Origin: the human T2T-CHM13v2.0 reference genome, Homo sapiens
DNA length: 64,000 bases
Reading direction: 5' to 3' (one strand)
Assembly: GCF_009914755.1 (NCBI RefSeq)
Contig: NC_060942.1
The stretch's first letter is position 1, and every line of letters starts with the position of its first letter. The notes beneath the pieces are model-generated. The model searched no databases. It saw nothing but the letters and a program-made list of their open reading frames with translations, and was not told the origin of the DNA. A program made the position numbers and the translations under genes. This document shows, one piece after another, positions 1 to 13,889 of this stretch.

Positions 1-81
1 TTTCTTAATGTATTTGAAGAATATGTAATTTAGTCCATAAAGATTTATGATAGGTAAAGCCTCACTTCTTTATCATCATAA

Positions 82-510
<429 letters not shown>

Positions 511-896
511 CTCCCTTTTTTCTTTCTGAATAACTTTGTTTCTAACTCTCTTATATATGACATTTAATCTTTTTTTAACCCAATCTGATTTTTTTCTCCT
601 ATGTATTTACTACATTTATTTTATTTATATGTCATATACTTGATGTTAATTTTTCATCAGAATATATTTATAGTTTTAACACAACCTTTGTTTTGCTTAA
701 TGATTTCTGTTTGCTTTAAGTGTGTACTTTTCTTTTTGAAACTTGGAAGTCTGGTTGTTTACTTTTAGATCTTCTAGGCTATGGAATTTTTGTTCAAAAT
801 TTTTTAGCTTATTTACTTTTAAGGAAGACGCAGACAATTTAATGTAGAGGAAGGGTTATTAAATTTTCCTCCACATTTTGCTCTATCTACATCAGA

Positions 897-1111
897 TCTG
901 TAAGGGAAAAATAATAAATATTCCTCTTTGCCAGACATACAGTCTTATTGCAACTACATATTTGTCCTATATAGCAAATGCAGCCATAGATAGTAAGAGA
1001 TGAATGGGTGTGGCTGTGTTCCAGTTAAAATTACATGGACAGACACATTGGTATTTCATATGTCAAAACTATTTTTAAATGATTTACAAATGTAAAAACT
1101 AATTTTAGGCT
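897..1111 (+). mobile_element. MER58B-like hAT-Charlie DNA transposon fragment
   Basis: GCAGCCATAGATAG..GAATGGGTGTGGCTGTGTTCCAG..AAATGTAAAAAC matches the MER58 consensus as recalled. Confidence 0.75.
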
Positions 1112-1124
1112 GTAGTCTAGATTT

Positions 1125-1493
1125 AACTCAGCCCAAAAGCCTGAGAGTCAAGAGAGGCAATAGCGTAAGTTCCTATCCAAAAGTGTGCAAGCTTGACACC
1201 CAAAAACAGCCAATGTCTCAGTTTGAGTCCAAAGGCTGGAAAAGACTGACGTCCCAGCTCAAAGCAGTCAGGTAGGAGGAGCTTCCTTTTACTCAGCGTT
1301 TTTGTTCTATTCAGATCCTCAACTGATTGCATGAGGCCGACCCACATTAGAGAGAACAATCTGCTTTACTTGGTCTATTGATTCACATTTCAGTCTCTTC
1401 CAGAAACATCCTCACAGACACTCCTAGAATGTTTGACCAAATGCCTCAGCACACCCTGGCCCGATCAACTTAACACATAAATTTAACCATCAC
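1125..1493 (-). mobile_element. MLT2-type ERVL LTR
   Basis: Ends AAATTTAACCATCACA (reverse of the TGTGATGGTTAA LTR start); contains CCCACATTAGAGAGAACAATCTGCTTTACT. Confidence 0.85.
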
Positions 1494-1559
1494 ACGTGGC
1501 AATCTCAGTTTTCTGTTGCCTTACGTCCCTTTGATTTCTTGTTTCATTGAATTCATACA

Positions 1560-1750
1560 CAGATGCTCCTCAACTTACAGTGGGGTTATGTCCTGATAAA
1601 CCCATCATAAGTTGAAAATATTGTATGTAAGTAAAAAGTGCATTAATACACCTAACCTACCAAACATCATCTACGGAATGCGTGTCACTTTTGCGTTACT
1701 GTAAGGTCAAAACATTGCAAGTGAAACCATCATAAATCAGGGACCATCTG
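1560..1750 (+). mobile_element. Tigger4a (Zombi/MER46A) MITE
   Basis: Termini CAGATGCTCCTCAACTTAC ... GGGACCATCTG-TA; internal GATAAACCCATCATAAGTTGAAAATAT. Confidence 0.85.
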
Positions 1751-2107
1751 TACTTTAAATTTTTTTCCTAGACTACAAAACTTTGGTTTTAGGAATTTTT
1801 CTTCACATTTTAAAGGTGTGTTTCTTTCCAGATAATAGTTTTAATCTTTTGTTCCTTTTTTTTTTTTTTTTGCTATATTTTTGCATTTTCATATACTCCT
1901 CTCCATACTACTCTTTAACATGTGGGGCTCTATCCATGTTTTCTATTTTTGCAGATACAGTGTGGATGAATTTTTATTTATTACTTTTCTTTATTATTTT
2001 TTCCCATTGCCCTGAGACTCGTCTTCCTCTTAGAAATTCAGTTTGAGGTTGCATCTTTTGTGCTCTGTCTTTTCTCCCAGTGCCTGAGGAAAAGTTGAAG
2101 GGAGCAT

Positions 2108-2540
2108 ATATCGGTTAGGATTAGACTTGACTGTAATAGAAAAAGCTCAAAGTAACAGTGGGTTAAATCAGAATGAAGTTTATTGCTGTCTTACTTAGAA
2201 GTCTGAGTAGGTCATCACAGTTGGTATGACACTCTGCAGTGTTAGCGTCTCAAGCTCAAGTTCACCAGGTGGTTCCAGATGGTCACTCTAGCTCCAGCCA
2301 TCACATCTACTTTATAGCCAGGAGAAAGAGAGAAGAGGAAATGGGCATGTCCACTCCATTTAAATATCTTCTCACAACATTTACATATTGCATAGGACTT
2401 CACCACTGCGATTGCACTTAGCTACAATGCTGGTGTAGAAATATATATTTTCTTCTGAGTAGGCCTTGTGCCCAATAAAAACGTGTAGATTTTTCTAGTA
2501 AGGAAAAAGGAAGAACAGACAGTAGGGGCAACTACTGGTT
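2108..2540 (-). mobile_element. Old MLT1 (J/K/L-like) MaLR LTR
   Basis: Degenerate motifs AACAGTGGGTTAAAT..GAAGTTTATT, GCTCCAGCCATCACATCTAC and GGGGCAACTA. Confidence 0.6.
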
Positions 2541-2975
2541 TCTTTTCTTTTTTTTACTTTAAGCTCTGGGACACATGTGCAGAACGTGCAGATTTGTTAC
2601 ATAGGTACACATGTGCCGTGGTGGTTTGCTGCACCTACCAACCCATCATCTAGGTTTTAAGCCCCTCATGCATTAGGTATTTGTCCTAATGCTCTCCCTC
2701 CCCTTGCCCTCCACCCCTCTACAGGCCCCAGTGTGTGATGTTCCCCGCCCCATGTCCATGTGTTCTTATTGTTAAACTCCCACTTATGAGTGAGAACATG
2801 CAGTGTTTGGTTTTCTGTTCCTGTGTTAGTTTGCTGAGAATGATGGTTTCCAGCTTCATCCATGTCCCTGCAAAGGACATGATCTCATTCTTCTTTATGG
2901 CTGCATAGTATTCCATGGCATATATGTGGCACATTTTCTTTATCCAGTCTATCATTGATGGACATTTGGGTTGGT
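2541..2975 (-). mobile_element. L1PA7/8-like 3' end, 5'-truncated
   Basis: Poly-T then ACATGTGCAGAACGTGCAG..GTTTTAAGCCCCTCATGCATTAGG; the ORF2 C-terminus (MEYYAAIKKNEIMSFAGTWMKLE) appears in the ORF track. Confidence 0.93.
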
Positions 2976-5594
2976 AATGCTAATGATTATCTGAGCCTTC
3001 AGCAAGTTGTAATCTTTTTGCTGGTGGAGGGTCTTGCCTCAATGTTGATAACTACTGATTGATTAGGGAGGTGGTTGCTGAAGGTTGGAATGACTGTGGC
3101 AATTTCTTAAAATAAGACAACAATGAAATTTGCCTCATTGATTGACTCTGTCTTTCATGAAGTATTTTTCTGCAACACAGGATACTGTTTGATAGCATTT
3201 TACCCACCACAGTAGAACTTGTTTCAAAATTGGAGTCAATCCTCTCAAACCCTGCCGCTGCTTTATCAAGTAAGTTCATGTAATATTTGAAATAATTTGT
3301 TGTCATTTCAACAATGTTCACAGCATCTTCAGCAAGAGTTGATTCCATCTCAAGAAACCACTTTCTTTGCTCATCCATAGAAGCAGCTCCTCATCCATTC
3401 AAGTTTGTTCATGAGATTTTAGCAATTCAGTCACATCTTCAGCCTCCACTTCTAATTCGAGTTCTTGTGCTATTTCCATCCCATCTGATGTTCCTTCCTC
3501 CACTGAAGTCTTGAACCCCTCAAAGTCATCCATGAGGATGAATTTTGAGGTGTCCAACTTTATCCATGAGGATTAACTTTGAGGGGTTCAACTTTGAGGA
3601 TGAACTTTGAGGGGTTCATCTTTGAGGTTCCAGAGAATCAACTTCTTCTGAACTTCTGTTAATGTTGATATTTTGACCTCCTTCCATGAATCACCAGTGT
3701 CCTTAATGGCATATAGGATGGTGAGTCTTTTCCAGAAGGTTTTCAGTGTATTTGCTCAGAGCTGTGAGGGGAATCATTATTGCAGCTCTAACCTTACAAA
3801 ATGTATTTCTTAAATAATAAGACTTGAAAGTCAAAATGACTCCTTGACCCATGGGCTGAAGAATGGATGTTGTGTCAGCAGGCATGAGAACAACATGAAT
3901 CTCCTTGTACGTCTCCATCGGAGCTCTTGGGTGAGCAGGTGCACTGTCAATGAGCAGTAATATTTTGAAAGGAATTTTTATTTCTGAGCAGTAGATCTCA
4001 ACAATGGGGTTAAAATATTCAGTAAACCATGCTATAAAGATATATACTGTTGGCCGGGCATGGTGGCTCACACCTGTAATCCTAGCACTTTGGGAGGCCG
4101 AGGAAGGCGGATCACTTGAGATCAGGAGTTTGAGACCAGCCTGACCAACATGGTGAAGCCCTATCTCTACTAAAAATATAAAAATTAGCCAGGCGTGGTG
4201 GCAGGCACCTGTAATCCCAGCTACTTGGGAGACTGAGGCAGGAGAATTGCTGGAACTCAGGAGGCAGAGGTTGCAGTGAGCTGAAATTGCACTACTGCAC
4301 TACAGCCTGGGCAACAGAGCAAGACTCTGTCTCAAAAAAAAAAAGAAAAGAAAGAAAGAAAGAAAAAGAGATATACTGTCATCCAGGCTTTGTTGTTTCA
4401 TTTAGGGGGTGTGGGAAGAGTAGACTTAGCATAATTCTTAGGAGCCCTGGGATTTTCAGAAAGGTAAATGAACACTAGCTTCAACTTAAAGTCACCAGCT
4501 GCCTTAGCCCCTAACAAGAGAGTCGGCTTGTTCTTCGAAGCTTTGAAGCCAGGCCTTGACTTCTCTCTAGCTATGAAAGACCTAGATGGCATCTTCTTCC
4601 AACAGAAGGCTGTTTTGTCTACATTTAAAATCTACTGTTGAGTGTACCCACCTTCATCAATTATCTTAGCTAGATCTTGTGGATAAGTTGCTGCAGCTTC
4701 TCCATCAGCGCTTGGGATTCATCTTGCACTTTCATGCTATGGTGATGCCCTCTTTCCTTAAACCTCTTGAAGCAACTTCTGCTGGCTTCTAACTTTTCTT
4801 CTGTAGCTTCCTCACCTCTCTGAGCCTTCATAGAATTGAAGAGAGTTAGGGGCTTCCTCTGGATTAGGCTTTGTCTTAAGGGAATGTCATGGCTGGTTTG
4901 ATCTTCTATCTACACCACTCAAACCTTAGCTATATCAGCAATAAGGTTGTTTCACTTTCTTATTATTTGTGTGTTGACTGGAGTAGCATTTTACATTTTC
5001 TTCTTTTGCATTTCACATTGTTTTTGCTTTCACAACATGGCTGTTTAGCACAAGAGGCCTGGCTTTTAGCCTATGTTGGTTTTTGACATGCCTTCCTCAG
5101 TAAGCTTAATCGTTTCTTGCTTTTGATTTAAAGAGAGAGATGTGTGCTTTTCCTTTCATTTGAACTCTTAGAGGCCATTGTAGGCGTATTTATTGGCCTA
5201 ATTTCAAAATTGTTGTGCCTCAGGGAACAGGGAGGCCCGAGGAGAGGGAGAGAGATGAGGGAATGGCCACTCGGTAACACATTTGGTGGAGAAGTCAGAA
5301 CACACAATATTGATGGATTTCGTTTGCCATATTATATGGGTGTGGTTTGTGGCACCCCAAAAAAATTGCAATAGTAACATCAAAGATCGTCATAATACAT
5401 ATCATTATGAAAAATTTGAAATATTACAAGAATTACCAAAATGTAACACAGAGACAGGAAGTGAATACACGCTGTTGGAAAAATGGAACAGATAGACTTG
5501 CTCAATGCAGGGTTGCCACAAACCTTCAATTTGTAAAAAGTGCAATACCTGTGAAACACAATAAAGCAAGGTACAGTAAAATGAGATATGCCAG
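2976..5594 (-). mobile_element. Tigger1 DNA transposon, near full length, 3' end missing, interrupted by an Alu
   Basis: 5' end is the reverse of CAGGCATACCTC..GAAGGTTTGTGGCAACCCTGC. Broken transposase fragments: [51 protein letters not shown].. Confidence 0.95.
4052..4367 (+). mobile_element. Alu (AluS) inserted in Tigger1
   Basis: Full dimer, A/GAAA tail, flanking duplication ..ATATACTGT. Confidence 0.97.
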
Positions 5595-5644
5595 TAATTA
5601 TAGCTGACATTTATCAAGTGCTTACCAATAATATCCTTGCTTAA

Positions 5645-6366
<722 letters not shown>

Positions 6367-8374
6367 CCCTCCTCTTTGTTTTAATGAGACACTTACATTG
6401 TAGACATTCCCCCCTACTCCCAGATTATAATACTAACCTAACAGGTCCGGAGAACTGTCATATATTGCTTACTCACTTTCTTGCCCGCATTCCTGAAAGG
6501 AAGACAAAATTGCAGCTTCCCCTTTGTGTGTGTCTGTTTCCTATCACCTCTACTACCCCTCTGCATCACTCAGATGTACTATAACATGGTCAATGACCTT
6601 GGTCATTTGATTTTCATTAACACTCTTTTGCTTCCCTTTTGGAGTAGGGGAGGCTTTCATTTTATATCCATCTTTTGGGTATGCAGATGTAGGCAGAGAT
6701 TGTTCTTTTCTTTTTCCAGAAAAATATAAATCCCAGGGCAATGTATCATTGATTCCGGTTTTCACTTAAATACCTACCAGGGTCAAGAGAGATGAGCTGT
6801 CATCTTTGTTTTGTCCTGTGTGCAAAAATCCCAACTTACAGGAAATGACGTTGTATCAGAAAACTTCCTAGGAAGTACAGTGACTGATGTGAGCTCAGCA
6901 GTGGTCCCACCTTGCTCCAGGGAGATGTCACGCTCTGTGAGAGCAAAACCAGGAGAGAGACTCTGCCACCCCAGCTCCAGGGCAGCCACGGCCCCCCCGG
7001 GGCTCCATCTGAAAAGACAGCAGCATCAGTCTCCCACCTCTTAATTCTCATTTCTAGAGCAAAATATCATTTTGTGTCAGCTTGTGGTTTTACCTCTAAT
7101 TAAGAGCACTCCTATTTTCTTTCACCACTCTCAGTATGTTTGTATTTGTTGTTAAATAGCGTCAGAAAATACTTGTAGAGAGTAGTCTAAAGGAAAAGTA
7201 TGTGGCATGGCGGGACAATCAAGGTTTTAAATAAATATCAATGATCAGTTTTGCTTCCACGTTTTGAACGTATAGAGAAGAGTGCTTTTACAGTTTTATA
7301 CCGGATCAGCCATGAATCTGATCTTTACTGTTCACTATGATGCTGCATGAAGATTGCATCCAGTTGTTTTGTAAGCTTTTCTATTGAAGTCTTAGCTCTC
7401 TGACTTTAAGTGTCTGGGGACAGGGTTACTGTCTGTAGGGTACAGGGCTACTGTCTGTAGGGGACAGAGCTGGGTTTGCCACTGCCACCTCCAGCCTCTT
7501 GAAAGTTGTTAGCTTCCTTCAGCACAGCTGAAAGGGTGTTGGAGTGTTCTCAGTCCCAACAGATGTAAGCAGAGGGCATCTACTCTTGGTAGGAAGGGTC
7601 ACATTAGGTCAGCTGATGGCCAGATGCTGAACTCTGGGTTGGGTTGCACCCAATCAGGAACTACCCCCACCCCCAGTACATTGATGTTCCATACCAGACA
7701 CTCCCTTTGCACTCAGGTCCAATTTCAGCATCCTTTAAGTTGCTGCTTTGGGACTCCAGAGTAATTACCCCCACACTTTAAACAAAATCCATTTCAGAAC
7801 CTGCTTCCTCCCTGAAATCTCTATGCTGAAACTATGCAATCTTCCTGCAGTTATTCTAAAGCATTAAATAATAAACAATAATATTTCAATATGTATATTC
7901 TGCAATAGTATGCACACACGTTGGTGAATATTTAGAGCTAAGTGTTGGTCCAGAGTCAAAGCAGTGAGAAATAGAACAGGTATGAAAATTGAACTTAAGA
8001 CTAAAAAAGAAAATCAATGTCCTTCTGAAATTATTTTCCTCCTTCCGCGTCGTTAGGCTTTCTCTGATCTCTAGAGCATGCCAAAAGTTCAGGCACAAAT
8101 AAACCATAAAAAGAGAAGTCTAGAAAAATTCTCCTTTAAAAGAGATGTATTAAATCTAAGATCTTTCACACAGTTATATTTTAAAAGAACACAGTGAGCA
8201 AGGACGATAAGTTAAAAGATAGTAACAGAGTTTTGCTTTTTTTTTTTTTAAATAAAATTGATTAAAACACTCTTGGCTGCCCTTCCTTATCCAGCCTACG
8301 ATCCCATGCCATTAGTTGCTTGTTTTTTGTTGTTGATGTTGTTTTTTAATAGTGAAGGCTTGAAAATGAACTTT

Positions 8375-8580
8375 TGGTGTTAAAGGCCAGAATAATGGTT
8401 ACCTTTGTGGGAAATTGATAAGAGGTGGCCTGAGGAAGCCCCCTGGGTGTTTGATCTGGGTGGTGGCTATAGGGGGTTGTGCACATGTGTGTGTGTTTGT
8501 AAAAATTTATTGACCTGAACACATAGGACTTGGCACATTACTGAATGTAAGTTACACCTCAATAAAAAAGAACTTAAAAA
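8375..8580 (+). mobile_element. Old L1M 3' UTR end
   Basis: CAGAATAATGGTTACCTTTG..TTGATCTGGGTGGTGGCTAT..TGTAAGTTACACCTCAATAAAAAAG. Confidence 0.75.
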
Positions 8581-8984
8581 TGAGGGAAGGTTTGAACTAC
8601 ACTAGTTTAAAAAGAGGTGGAAATTGTGTTTCTAGTTACCTTCATGCAATGCCCTGAGCTGCCTGACAGCTCACACGTGTGTTCCGTGAACACAACTGTG
8701 GACCGAAATGCTACACTGCACTTTGCAGGTGCATTGAATCACCCATGAATCTGAGGGGTGTCTGGCCACCAGCAGTAACCTCAGTTTGAAGGGGATTGTT
8801 AGTTCCCATGCATTTAAGCCACTTCAAAATTATTCAGTGAAAAACAATGACTAACTTTGAGGCCATTGCTTAATACATATAATGTATGACATTTTTCAGG
8901 AAATGATTCTCTAATACTGGGATCTAAATGAATTGAAATTTGAGGCACACTTGGAGAAATTTCCCAGACACCACACAATCAAGA

Positions 8985-9160
8985 TAGTGGAGTGCAATAG
9001 TCAGTCACTTGGCCTGGGGCCATGTCAGATGAGGACCTGGCCTCATCTTGGCTTGTTACCAGCTTGCTGAATCACTTTCAAGTCTCAATCATCTGAATGC
9101 TCTCAACCTCAATTTTCTTATTTATGAGACAAGAAGATCTCAAGTCTAGAATTATGAGGC
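8985..9160 (+). mobile_element. MIR fragment
   Basis: Degenerate core CTCTCAACCTCAATTTTCTTATTTATGAGA. Confidence 0.5.
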
Positions 9161-9224
9161 TATAGAATTTTGAGTTTTATAAACTGTTTGAATGGATGTA
9201 TTGGGCAGTTATCTCTCCCCATGG

Positions 9225-10205
<981 letters not shown>

Positions 10206-10453
10206 AAAATGTGGCAAGTGACAGATTTTAAGATCAGAATTGAATGATGTAAGATTGATTATTTCTTGTATTTGGCCTACCAAAGAGGCTCTTTCATTTT
10301 TAACTGGTTTGTTTTGCATTTGTCAGCTGTCAATTTAGTATATGATAACGTTGGAAGTTTAACAATTAACTAGATTTGGTTGTGCAACTAAAGAATATCA
10401 AGACTCACCTGACATTTGCATTGTGTTTTAGTACCTTATTTTGTTTCAGAAAA

Positions 10454-10472
10454 TGTGCCCCCTAGTGGGCAC
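10454..10472 (-). promoter_or_regulatory. Candidate CTCF site
   Basis: Minus strand reads GTGCCCACTAGGGGGCACA, fitting the core consensus CCASYAGRKGGCRS. Confidence 0.55.
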
Positions 10473-10483
10473 ATCTTCTGTAA

Positions 10484-10787
<304 letters not shown>

Positions 10788-11804
10788 CTTCTGTAATTTA
10801 ACTGATACAGTTGAGAGCAGAACACACACGTCAATGGCTGCATTGTGTCCTGTGATATGGCAGCTCCTAGAACGACTCAGAAGAATAGATTATACTTTAC
10901 AAAGCATGCACAGTTTTCTCAGGTTAGCTCATTGTAGATTTTCCTCACTGATCCAGTAGGATTCACCCTAACAGCTACTGCTAGTCCTTCAAGAAGGGCA
11001 GAGTACATACCCTACCTTGATATTGCTTCAGGCTGAATATTGTTGAATATCAACCATATTCTATTTGCATCTGACTTCCTAGATTTCCCTGGGAATAGTT
11101 GGTGAAAATGTGCATATTTACAGAAAGGAAAAATGACCCTCAGTAACAATAAGTGATGAATTCAAAGTCAGTAGGTTGGAACACACCTGAAACACAATTT
11201 CAGACTTTCCAATCTTTGATGCTTAAAAAATGATCACACACAACTAACTTTCACTATTCCCGCAAGAAAATACTAATAATTTCTAAAAATTTTTACAACT
11301 TTCCTTTGAACCACAAAAATAAGCATTGATCTGTCATGAACACATTTCTAGAGTCTGCTGATAAACACTGTCATTAAGCCCTCTAAAAAGTACCTGTGGG
11401 TATATTTGCCATAGACGTGGTTTTTAAAACAATCACAATGAAACCGAGAAAAGGAAAAATAAAGGAAGAAGTTAGAGAACGACAGATGGAGAGGCTGGAG
11501 AGGAAGACTAGAAACGAACAAAAGGGAAGTGATGAGTCAGGCTGAAGAATACAGGGTCAGCCAGGGGCCAACAGGGGAGGGTAGAATTATTTTCAAATTT
11601 GTGTTGGCCCAGCCTAATTTATTTCACCAGTTACACAAGGTCATAGGTGTCCATTTGAAAGGCTCTCTTAGGACACCTACTAGTATTATTAGATGTGTAA
11701 AATAGAATTCATGTTACTAACGAGATATTTAGAGAGCATTTACAATACATGCTAAAAATATGGAAGGGAAAATTTGCTTCAGGAAATATAGAGTAGATGT
11801 AATT

Positions 11805-12235
11805 TTCTCTATTCCTCCCATTAGGTACAACGTTAAACCCTGGACATAATATGTGAACACACATAAGAAAACTCTGAAAAGTGGAAAGAAAACAGTAAAT
11901 CTGTTAAGAACCTTGAGACTCAAGTAACAAAAAGATGAGTTGCTTGGCTTTGCTTTTTGCCATGTATAGCTAATACTTGGAGCTGAAGAAGTCAACAACC
12001 CAGAAGTGATGGCGAGTACAGGCAAAAATATTAAGCTGTTGCAAAAATAATTGCCGTTTTTGCCATTGAAAGTGATGGCAAGAACCACAATTACTTTTGC
12101 ACCAACCTGGTAACAACAAAGTCCTCGTCTCTCTAGTCAAAGGACCAGGTGAGGAACAGCCTAGCAAAACAGAACACTTAGACAACAGCCACTTTGGTCC
12201 AGCCAAACACCATAGAAAAAGCTCCAGTTCTACCT
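11805..12235 (+). mobile_element. Old L1M 5'-region fragment
   Basis: AAACCCTGGACATAATAT..CATAAGAAAACTCTGAAAAGTGG..CTCTCTAGTCAAAGGACCAGG resembles L1M4/L1MC 5' ends. Confidence 0.6.
12031..12110. mobile_element. MADE1 (Hsmar1-derived 80-bp MITE)
   Basis: 80-bp palindrome TTAAGCTGTTGCAAAAATAATTGC..CAATTACTTTTGCACCAACCTGG flanked by TA on both sides. Confidence 0.93.
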
Positions 12236-12314
12236 AATCAAAGTAAAAACAATATCCTAAAATTGATTTAGGAATGATTTAAAAAAAAATGGACAAGAAT
12301 TGTTAGAGCCCTTG

Positions 12315-12660
12315 GGCAGTGTGGTGGCACGGAAGCAAAGACAATGGAGGGAGGTCATTGCCGCCACATGGCTGTGGCCTGTGGCTTCAGGATCCTCACC
12401 TAGAAAACAGCTATTATCTGTACCTTGCAGGGTTGCTGTGATTCTTAAAAGAGGTAATGTACGCAAAAGCCTTAGCACAATGCCTAGACTAAAGAAGGTG
12501 TTCAATCACGTAACTGTAATAATAATGTTAATCTTTTACAAACATTAAACACCTTCTAGAAATATCTAGTGTTTCCAAGTAGTAGGCATCAACACCATTT
12601 TACAGACTAAGAATCTCAGTGGATAAAGTAGACATTAAAGACCAAATTCCAAATTTCTAC
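12315..12660. mobile_element. Two MIR fragments in opposite orientation
   Basis: Plus: GCAGGGTTGCTGTGA..CTTAGCACAATGCCT. Minus: CCATTTTACAGACTAAGAA. Confidence 0.65.
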
Positions 12661-12923
12661 CTTTCAAATAATGCTGCTTAGGTAAATTATTTTTAACTGG
12701 TTGAGCCAGCTAGAAAATCCTGCAACAAAAGATGAGTTCTTTCTTATAAAGCATTTGTTTAACACACATTTTAAAATAGTAAAACAGAAAGCTTTCTCTC
12801 TTAAGTAATATTTCTCTAAATAACTTTTATTCCCATATACTTTATATGTCAATAGATGTTGTGACTATAATGTCAAATAGGTACCAATTATTCATTAAAA
12901 AAACAAATGTTAAGAGAGTTTAA

Positions 12924-13075
12924 AGGCTAGGCAAGAGGATCGCTTTGCGCCCAGGAGTTCAAGGCTGCAGTGAGCCATGGTCGCGCCATTGCACTCCAAC
13001 CTGGGCAACAGAGCGAGACCCTGTCTCTAAAAATACATACATACATACATAAACAAATAAATGAATGAATGAAAT
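12924..13075 (+). mobile_element. Alu right arm/FRAM with (TACA)n/(TGAA)n tail
   Basis: GAGGATCGCTTTGCGCCCAGGAG..GAGACCCTGTCTC. Confidence 0.9.
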
Positions 13076-13079
13076 GAAA

Positions 13080-13880
13080 TATGTGAGTGTACTCTAACAA
13101 AACATGTACAGGACTCATGTTTCATTTCATTTATTTATTTATTTGAAACATGTATAGGACTCATGCACAAAATGCTACAAAATGCTGATGACAGAAACTG
13201 GAAAAGATCTAAATAAATGAAGATACATCCTGTGTTCATGGATTGGAATATTCAACATAGAAAAATGGTTAATTCTCCCCAAATTGAAGTTTCACACAAT
13301 TCTTATCAAAATCTCAGCAAGATTTTTGTATAGACAAGATCATTCTAAAATTTACATAGAAAAGCAAAGAAACTAGAATAACAAAAATGATTTTGAAAAA
13401 GAAAAATAAAGTAGAAGTAATCAGCGTACTCAATTTCTAGAATAGATAAATAACATGTAGCATATTGGTACAATGGAATACTCTACAGCAATGAAATGAA
13501 TGAACTACAGATACAGGCATGAGATGAATACATCTGCACAATTTTGGATGAAAGAAGCCAGGCACAAGACTATGTATTGTATAATTCCATTTGTATAAAA
13601 TTTTAAAACAGGTAAAACTAAACTAGGTATTTTCAAGATGAATGCTTAGGTGATAAAAGAATCAAACAAAGCAAAGACGTAGTTTCCACAGAAGTCAAGA
13701 CAGTACTTCTGGTTGGTGGGGCAGGGGAATGGTGTGATTGGGAAGGAATGTGAGGGGGCTTCTGGGATGCTGGCAATATTTGATTTCTTGTGGTTATAGG
13801 AAGCTTGCTTTATAAAAATGTGTTAAGCTGTACGTTTATATTCTGTGCCCTTTTCTGTAAGCAGGTTGTATTGCTAAATA
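13080..13880 (+). mobile_element. L1M ORF2 fragment plus 3' UTR
   Basis: CTAAATAAATGAAGATACATCCTGTGTTCATGGATTGGAA..ATTCTAAAATTTACAT; TACAATGGAATACT.. Confidence 0.8.
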
Positions 13881-13889
13881 TAAAGTCTA

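Noticed and set aside
3052-4592. Transposase-like ORFs as a domesticated TIGD-type gene
   Set aside because: They are split across frames by stops, frameshifts, an Alu and a local insertion. This is a decayed Tigger1.
7240-7360. Possible C/D-box snoRNA motifs
   Set aside because: No proper RTGATGA plus CTGA pair with a terminal stem was found.
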